Of a stretch of DNA of 64,000 nucleotides, positions 54,711 through 64,000 are shown one piece after another (positions within the stretch are counted from its first letter, which is position 1; every line of letters begins with the position of its first letter). Under the pieces are notes generated by a model that was not told the origin of the DNA, searched no databases, and saw nothing but the letters and a program-made list of their open reading frames with translations. A program made the translations under genes and the position numbers. The stretch comes from Gracilinanus agilis (lineage: Eukaryota): the NCBI RefSeq assembly GCF_016433145.1, contig NC_058132.1:264122516-264186515 (forward strand), in the 5' to 3' direction.

Positions 54711-55239
54711 AATTTTATTATCATTATTACTTTAAAAGCAAACATTCCTTTGGCACCCAAATAGGCTAATATTTCCACATGAAATCACAAGATTTACAGC
54801 ATTCCAAGGTTAAACGAGTGGACAAAAAGGGGGGGGGCAGGAAAATATTTCTTATTCATGGATCTTCATGCTCTCCACCTTTGTTCCTCTACCACCCACA
54901 GAAGTAATGCTCTTTTGCAGTTCATTTTTCCACCTGCACACTCATTTACAAATTTTGCAATCAAAATACTAAAATAAGACACAAAAATAGCAGATGCATC
55001 CTGGCATGAATAAATTAGGTGAGTTAGAATAGCAGCGATGTGGGTGTTTTAGTTCAAGAATTAAGGAGATAACCAAATGAATAAAAGTGAAAATCTAGAT
55101 TTCCTAAATTGTTCTTTCTGTGTTGAATTCAGAGTTGAAATTGATTACCTAGTACTTATTTAAATGTCCTAATCTCTATGTATTACATATATTAGACAAC
55201 AGAGTAATCATAAATGACTTGAAAACTCGATTATCATTA

Positions 55240-55620
55240 GTTATAATGCCAATCAGTAAACATTTATTAATTGTCCATTCTGTACTAGGCCCTGGGAATA
55301 GAGATAAAAAAAAATAGTCCCTGTCTTCAAGTAGTTTGTATTCCACCAGAAGAGACAACAAATTCAAATATAAATAAGAAATACAAAATGCACAGAAAAC
55401 AAATAAAAGGTTTTTGAGAGGCGGGAGGTAGAGAAAGGAAGCTGTACTAACTGAAGGAATCACAAAAGCCAGCAACTGGTGGGATCAGGAAAGGTCTCAG
55501 TAGCACAAAAACTAATATTTGAAGGAAACTTGGGATTCTAAGAGGCAAGAATGAAGGAGTACATTCCAGGTATGTGGAAAGAAATGGAGATGGGAGATAA
55601 AACATTCTGATGAACAACAG
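55240..55620 (-). mobile_element. L2 3' remnant
   Basis: caatcagtaaacatttattaattgtccattctgtactaggccctggg...gtccctgtcttcaagtag. Confidence 0.65.
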
Positions 55621-56871
55621 CAAGAAAGACAGCTAGAAAAGCACTGATTTAGCAGGGATATTTGCTTCTGTGTTTCAAATACACAAAAAAATTTTATTTT
55701 CCTTCAATCATGGAGGAAAGTAAGAGTCCAAATCTGGATGTGGTAGGAAGAGAAAGGCCACTATGACTACAATAATGTAGAGGAAAACAAAACTAAAGTA
55801 CTTTAGAATATTTATGAATGCAATATTCAATGCTGACTTTATGGTAATATATCCTTGGTAGAGAAGTGGTAGACTCAGGTGAGATAGATACTGTCAGACA
55901 TATATTGCCTTATAACCTAATAAATGTATGGTAATTAAAAAAAACCAAAAACATCTTTAAGAAAAAAGTAGGCTAACAATCTTAAATTTGTTAAATATTT
56001 TGTTTCCTTTTCATAATCTCCACAGCATCAAACTGTAAATTAGAAAGATTAAGCATTTTCTCTGAACCCTAGCACTACTGTGGATTTTCCAGCAGGAGTG
56101 CTATATAATCAGTGCTTGCCCTTCAAAACCAAGCTAACTCTGTTGGAATTTAGTTTCCAATGACCTGTCAGTTTTAGTTTAAGGCTTGAATTTTGGAATT
56201 TCCACAAAGGGCAATATATATTGCTTTAACACTAAGATGAATTGTACATACCCTGAGTTCTGGTTCATTTTATTTCAACATTGTATCTTCAATATAGAGC
56301 AGACTATATCATACTTTACACTCTATTATTATATTTCCACCATCATCTGAAGTATTTTTCTAATACTTCTGATACTTTCTTAATACAACAAAATTATCAC
56401 ATGTAAATATATGAAAGTAAAAGAGAAACAAAGGAGATTGCACAAAAAAAAATGATGCATGCACAAAATAAATGATGCATTTCAGCTGACTTAATGGTTT
56501 ACATAGCCAAATCATACCTGTTAAAATAGTTTCATCAGCATTAGATTGCACTTTTCAAAGGAGTATTATTTTTCTTGGCTTAAAAACTCTATAATTGACT
56601 ATCAAGAAAGTTTAGGGGAAAAACTTAGATATCAATGTATAAGTTGTTGCTTCATTATCTTAAAAAGTAATATAATTTTAATCTATAATCTAGATCAAAT
56701 TGCTTATCATCTCTAGATGGGGGAGGAAGGGAGATATTTTATAATTTTGGAAGACATATGCTGAAAGTTGTTATTACATGTAATTGGTTAAATAAAATAT
56801 CTGATTAAAAAAGAATCTAAAAAAAGTAATAAAATTTTAGAGAAAAAAATCTCCAAATTTGAAGATATTTA

Positions 56872-57105
<234 letters not shown>

Positions 57106-58765
57106 TTAAAATGAATTTAAAAATTAAACATAACAAGTTATTACACATATACATATGCCTGTTTCTAAGTTTACAATATTTCTAACAATCTTAAGACACT
57201 AGGAGTAAATTTATCATGTTCTCATCTGAAAATAAAGGGGTTGGACTAGATGGCTTCTAAGATTTCTTCCAGTCCTAGAGCTATAATCATAAATTTATAG
57301 ACTCAAAATGCCTTATTTATGCACATGAGCCTAGAACATATTGCATAACCTAATTTCTAAATGTAAAAATATGGAGTCATCATGAATAGACCAATTTTCA
57401 GCTATTTTTCAAAGATTCAACCTCCCTCCCTGCCCTCAATTCATAACTCTGGAGACTACTGGTAAATAATTTTCACCCTTCTTAAAAATATAAGGATTTG
57501 GACTAGGCATGTGGTTTTAGTGCTACTGGGAAATCCCAGATGCGGAAATGCAAGCCAGTACCTTCTTTCCCTTGTTAATGGTCAGGTAACCTAAGTTGGT
57601 GAGATCAGCAGCTACATATGCAATGAAGAACTCCTGGAATGATGTGCTGAAGTAGCATGCTGGCTCTGCCTCCCTTCTCTAGTCCTTCAAAGACATTATT
57701 GTTGTCAAGACAGTCCATGTTGGACTGTTGACACTCTGACAACTTTCTCAAGGCTAGATGTGAGAGTTGGATTCTCTACCACTTAAGGAGCTTTAAAAAA
57801 GTTCCCTCATAAAAATATTAGTATTATGCCCAAGAGTTAGAGGGTTAGGTTTTGGAATTTAGTGCACATGGTTGGGGGTAACTGGGTGGGGCAGTGCCAG
57901 ATATGAAAAATGACCTAACAACAACAAAAGTACATAATTGGGCAAGAGTGGAAATAGGGCCTCTAATACTAAATGAAAAGTAGTTAAGATAAAAAACAAC
58001 ATTAATTTTTTAAAATGTAATTTTTAATCCAAAGACTCTGGTATAGGATATCCCGAAACTGGATGTTAATTTGAAAGTCACTTAATTATTTGCATATTTC
58101 CAAATGGCTAGATGTTAACCAACATGTGGTTAAAACATCAATATTTTCCATCTTTTAATGTTTAGCTATCCCACATTTCTTATGTAGAAAAATGTGTATG
58201 GACTACTTGAAAAAAAGTGTCCTGAGCATAAAATATATTTATGTCTACACTCATCTTCATGACAAATGAAAAAAAAAAAAGTAGAAATGTACTTATCAAG
58301 ACACTAAAGAAAACAACAAAATGCAAATGGACACGGAGACAAATATTTATATAGCTTTATGGATGCACTGTTTTTTCACCTTGAGAACAATAGTACTGGA
58401 TTCCCTAATGTGTCTGCATCTAAGTATAAAAAGAATAGCTAAACATCAATAGTTAAATTAGTGCTCTAAAGAGACAAAATAAAGATTTTGTTCAATGAGA
58501 CTATTCTGGAGTATGACTCAACTGCAATTTTGAAAAGCAAAATAAGTCAAACAGTAATATTAAACAAGAGGCAGAAGTTCACATTAACTGAAACTAGGTA
58601 GGAAAAAAGTTATATTCAAAATATTTGAAAATAGCAAAATCTTTATCTACTCAAGATATTAAAAATTTAGAAATTGGGAGAATGGTAACTCTGAATATGA
58701 GGGCCATTAACACAATTATCCTCTTTTTCTCTGTCTCTTCCCTCTCTCTCTCTCTATTCTCTCAT

Positions 58766-59040
58766 GAAATCTAGGTCCTTTATCTTGCACAGGATAGAAG
58801 TTCAGTGTACATGGGCCTGAACCCACTACTGGATTGGTAAGGAACTTTTGACCTGCTTTATTTACTTCTGACCTGGGCAAGGTTGATTTTACTTCATGGT
58901 TCCCCATTACCCACGTTTCACCAAACTGGTGACATACTTAGTATGGACATCTGACTGGTTTAACCCACTGTAGCTCATGATACCTAAGGTCAAGTGATCC
59001 TCAGGAGCAAGGATTACAAATGTGTGGCATCATGCCTGAC
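58766..59040 (-). pseudogene. 7SL (SRP RNA) retrocopy / 7SL-derived element, near full length and decayed
   Basis: Minus strand starts GTCAGGCATGATGCCACACAT (7SL: GCCGGGCGCGGTGGCGCGTGC) and includes S-domain blocks CCAGGTCAG...AGCAGGTCAAAAGT and CAGTAGTGGG, plus AAGTATGTCACCAG (7SL: AAGTTCGGCATCAAT). Purine-rich (GA) tail at about 58720-58765. Confidence 0.85.
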
Positions 59041-59536
59041 TTAAAATTTTCAGCCTTCTTCTGATTTATTTTTTTATTATTTATTCAGGGTTAAAATGGC
59101 AAACTTGAAACAAATTAAAACACACAGAATATATACATACAAATTCATTCAATGTATTTCCTGAAAACTCTAAAGAAATTAAATCCACATTAGTTAATAA
59201 GTTAGCTACAAATTACAGTAAGAGAAGCTTGCAAAATCCTGCAACTTTACAGGGTAACAAAAATTTAATCAGCAAATCACAAAGCTAAGAAAAGGAAAGG
59301 TTTTGTAATCTGTCAAAATAAACATTACACTGGAATTATTTTTATTAGCCACTTCTCTCTTGCTTTTTAGCATCCAGTGATTAGCCTTAATTAAACATGA
59401 CTTATGGAAGAAAGAATATGTAACCTATTTTAAAGGAGCCTTTCCTTTATTGTGCTCTATAATGCAACACAAACAGTATACAGAAGAAAATACTGGAAAC
59501 AATAATAACTGAAGAAAAATGTCAAATTAAAATTCA

Positions 59537-59722
<186 letters not shown>

Positions 59723-60104
59723 TTAAATCTATAATTAAAGAAGTATAAGTTAATATACTAAACATCTTAACATCTACTATAGGTCCTGACACTCTATATA
59801 TGACAACTATTACATTTATTGTCCACGGTAAAGAGTATGTTTTTCTGAAATATGACTCAGGATTAGGACAATCACTTCTAGCAACAAATTTACAAAGTGA
59901 GATTATGAGAGGTTAACTTCTATTGGTTGCTATATGTATGTTACAAAGCAGCTCAGTCTCACCTGAGCTAGCTGACTTGCTCAAGGATAACCACACACAA
60001 AAAAATTGCTAGATCTGTTGCTGGAGAGTTCAACTTAATTCTCTGTCTTAGCTGCTATCAAAAGAGAAAATCAAAAAAGTCAAATATCTAATTCCTTTAT
60101 TATA

Positions 60105-60585
60105 TATTCATGCCTTTCTACTGCCTGGAATGTACTCCCTCCCTACTGTTACCTCTTGGAATCCCAAATTTCCTTCAAGGGCTATCTTTTAAAAATATAT
60201 ATATTTATTTTATTTGTTGTATTAAAATTCATGGGTATCTCACACCAATCAAACTAGCTAAAAAAATAATAAGGGCAAAATGGCAAATATTGGAGAGGAC
60301 ACTAATGTATTGCTGGTGGAACTTTAAACTGATCCAAGGCTCATCTTAAGCACCATCTCCTACATGAAAATTTCCCCTAAAACTATCTTGAATCTATTTT
60401 GTACATATCTACATATATGGTATCCTAAAACCAAACTAAGAAATTTGGGATGCTCTGAACAAAAATGCTGCCTCACCAACATTTTTGGTGGGGGGTACCA
60501 GATATAAGAAAATGTCTCTGCATTCCCAGTCCCTAGCATAATGCTTAGCACATAGTAATCACTTAATAAATACTTGTTTCTACCT
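60105..60585 (+). mobile_element. L2 3' remnant interrupted by an L1 ORF2 C-terminal fragment (60189-60334)
   Basis: L2 tgcctggaatg...ccttcaagg / caccatctcctacatgaa...cccagtccctagcataatgcttagcacatagt; insert translates YLTPIKLAK...TLMYCWWNFKLIQ, like the L1 ORF2 cysteine-rich domain HLTPVRMA...TLLHCWWDCKLVQ. Confidence 0.75.
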
Positions 60586-61384
60586 ATATCCCTGAATAGG
60601 GTCTTTATTCTTAGCTTTTTTCTGGTGGTAGATTCAAATAGTTAGTTCTTTCTATATACAGCAAAAAGGTAGAAACTTAAGGATGATGTTGCACACTAGT
60701 TTTCCAAAGTAAGTAGTTTTAGTGAAGAATAAAACTCATTTTAAAACTGTTGAGTTGTACACAGGACAATGTGCATTTTGATACTCAACTTGTGCCTAAA
60801 AGGTTATCTGCCTCAAATTTGTTTTACAGTTTACCTTCCTATGAATACATATGCAGAGACTAAATGATAAAAATTCCATCGAGATTAAATAATAAAAGTT
60901 TCTTGTCAATGATGGGTCAGGAATAGATTGAGTAAATTTCATGCCAAGAAAGCCACTCCCCAACAGAACCAATAAGTGACAATAATTTCAGGTATTAGTT
61001 GTAGCCAGTATAAAAAGCCATTAGACATCTGAACTCTAGGGAAGAATAACAATCCTAAAATAGATTAATTCAAGTACTGAAGAAGGTATCTGAAGAAATA
61101 ATTTCTTGGCTTTTGATTATATATTTTGGCCAAAAAGCAGTGGCAAAATTGCCATAGGTAGCAATGCAAAATATTAGCAACTATATGCTAAGAAATTATT
61201 TCTGAAGTAAATATACCTCAATTTAAACTAAACTGTGGCAGAAAGGGGCAGATAACGGGAACACAGTATAAAACTGCAAAGTACAGAGTCTAGAAGAACA
61301 TAAACTCCTTGAGGGAAGACTAGTTTTGCATATTTGTCTTTTTCTAAGGCCTAGAATATGATAAACTTGTTGGACTAAATTAAT

Positions 61385-61900
61385 TTTCAAATGAGGAAAA
61401 ATGCTGAATTATCACAGTTAAGAGGGAAAAAATGTCCCAGGGTGGTAGATAAAAATCAATATGGCTTCCAAAAGAATAAATTCAATCAAATCCAATCTAT
61501 TTCATATGTGATAAAACCACAAACACTTGCTGCCACTTGGTGGGGACGTACTCTAAATGCAGACAGCTTTTTCCTTAAGTTTGAAACTATTCACTTAATT
61601 ATGTAATGGGAAAATAGCAAAGATCACAGTAATTTGCTATTTAAAAGAAAAAAAGTTAAACATTATTTTTCTTGACAACCAAGTAAGACTGATACTTTAT
61701 GTTCTGCTTCACAAACTTTTTAAAAAAGACTATGAAAATACAGGTAATCAATCTCTAGCCTACAGAATGTATTCCAAATTCAGTTGTTAAGCTAGATATT
61801 TAGAATTCGGGGGAAAAAGCTGCTACTGAAATGATATATCAAGGATGGGATAGTCCATGTAAGTCCATTTAATTATGATATGTCCAAATTTTGGAACAAA
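61385..61900 (+). mobile_element. L3/CR1 RT remnant
   Basis: From 61454 translates NQYGFQKNKFNQIQSIS, resembling CR1 RT QHGFTKGKSCLTNLISF. Confidence 0.55.
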
Positions 61901-64000
61901 TAATATTTCTAACTACTCCTAACAGGATTAATTCTTTTGGAATTTTTTTTTTTCTGAGTTTGACATCTTGAATTCCTTGCTTACCTTTCTTTTCCATGCA
62001 GTGTAAAGGCCTTTTAAAGATAGCATTGATCTGAGTTGTTATTTATTCTAAGCTTAGAGGGGCTTGCAAGAGGAATTAAGCAGGTGAATAGTAGGAAATT
62101 TGGGGGTAAACAACTGGCAAAATCCCAACAATTCCTCAATCAGTTCTTCATAGTGTGGCTTTATTATTTTGTTTCAAGTGAGTTCCGAGAACATATGGCG
62201 CTCATATTAAAAAGTAAAAAGACATATTCTAAAAAAGGGAGAAAGAAGTGGTGTTTTATTTATTGCCATTGACTCATCTCTATCTCTGGACCAAATAATT
62301 TAATTCAGGTGACATGAAAAATAGTCAGATAAGTACAATGCTCTGTACAAAGCAGGTACCTAATTCTAAAGAATAAAAGCAATTATGGCAGATGGGTTCT
62401 GTCAGGGATAGATGTGACACGGAAGAATGGTGAGTGCTTCAGAGATAATAAAGACCACATTGTAGCAGTGCAGAATGTAGCTATAGGTCACTGGTATCAC
62501 CAGATGGGATGACATTGTGTACCACTTTATAGTCCATGTGCCTAGATTTATAAAGCAAGTAAAGTGGACTCATATTCAAAAGGCTTAGGAATGGAACTTA
62601 TTTTGGATCATGGAAAGTTTCAGATAAATGAGGAGACCCAAACATATGTAAAATCAAATCCAATGGGGCTGCCAGAATGAAGAATTCAATAAATATTACC
62701 CTGCTTCTCTTTATAGCCTTTGCTAAGGGAAAGCAGGAAATAGACCCTGATTTGAATTGCCAATTGTAATCTAAACTTTTTGAAGGCAAAAAAAAAAATT
62801 AGACATTATGTAAAAGAAGGCTTGATTGAACTAAATTAGAATAACTTCAAATACAAATTTCCCTGCCCCTTATTATACTATATACTTTAAAAAAAAAAGC
62901 CTAAAATATTTTTCTAGCAATATATATTTAAGTAGATTTTTGGTGATTTTTAATTATTGTGGGTAGAGGGGCAGTTTTTCAGAAAATTTAACATTATAAA
63001 ACAACACAAAGCTATTCTTAGGAGCTGAAAATATTTTTAAAACATTTATTATATTTCCATGATGTAGATAGTCAGTCCATCCTCATTTGCTCTAAGTATA
63101 TTCTTGAAAAAAAGAATTTCTCATTGTAATTTTAATGATGAAAACCTAAAAAGAAAAATTTAGGTACCAATTAAGTTTCAAGAAGATCTTACTAATTTCT
63201 CAATATTTCATAGATATGCTGGAGGTTAAAATTCACGTCTTCTGTGTATATGATGATATATCAGAATAATTTTAAAAATCTCTAATACAGTACCACAATC
63301 AATGGTAAAATACGCAATTCGAACGTGGGGCTAAATGACACAAAGGTAAATTCTTTAGAAATGTATTATCTTTAGTTTGAAATGACTATATTCATTATAA
63401 ACAAGTTCTAAAAGTATCATTAATTGCCACAGAAGGTATTCCCATTTGGGGTGGAAAGTTACTATAACCGGTCATACCAGAAGAGAGGAGGGGGTTATCA
63501 ATGTGCCAACCTACTTTTAAAAAGCTGCTGACCCTTTTATTACATATTCTGATGAATACTTTAAAACTCCATCAGGGAATATTACTGCTTACTTTGGTTC
63601 TTTCTTGTTTCCTTTCTTTATAGGTGAGTCTAAAATAAGTAAGGAAAAGATATAGGGTTTGTTCCGCTACTTTTTTTAGCTTTGCCTCATTTGAGTATTT
63701 TAATATTTTAAAAGTGTCTTAAAACTGTAAAACACCAAGATAGATGTCATTCTGATGGGCACTATATAAACTGTGAAATAAATATATTTACAGATTTTAA
63801 TTTGAAGAAAATCAATCTACAAAATAAAAGAAACAATAACACTGTAACTATACTACATGCAGGGTCCTTTACCTTTAGTTTGGATAATACTTTATAAGAA
63901 AATCTGAGAATTTCACTTAATACCTGAAAATGTAGGACTGAAAAAATAAATATATGTAACCTGGACTCTTAATAAAAAATAGTACATTAATAAAATTTAA

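Noticed and set aside
62002-62083. Possible plus-strand (antisense) exon with ttttccatgcag acceptor and CAG|GTGAAT donor
   Set aside because: No partner exons or promoter identifiable; the pyrimidine tract is explained by the opposite-strand donor/exon context.

Overview
Eukaryotic (mammalian) genomic DNA. It is most likely a didelphid marsupial (opossum-like), inferred from SINE1_Mdo-type SINEs, marsupial L1 3' ends and abundant MIR/L2/L3 repeats. Two protein-coding genes lie on the minus strand. (1) The complete six-exon TBR1 T-box gene: CDS 38516 down to 30331, 2040 nt, 679 aa, with 212 nt of exon 1 hidden in an N gap. (2) The last four coding exons and 3' UTR of PSMD14 (Rpn11/POH1), about 5 kb upstream of TBR1. 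The left ~25 kb is gene-free and repeat-rich. An approximately 14.5 kb block around TBR1 shows no recognisable transposons. Notable details: a GC-AG intron in TBR1 whose downstream exon is flanked by splicing-factor motifs; a 71-nt cluster of neuronal miRNA seeds between two poly(A) signals; a full-length decayed 7SL retrocopy in a PSMD14 intron; two internal L1 ORF2 fragments flanked by TSD-like repeats; a candidate poison exon in PSMD14; and several candidate enhancers. There are four multi-base N gaps, and a 378-bp perfect duplication that looks like an assembly artefact. No CRISPR, rRNA or intact tRNA genes were seen. Human protein/exon comparisons and repeat family names come from memory, not database searches; repeat boundaries are approximate.
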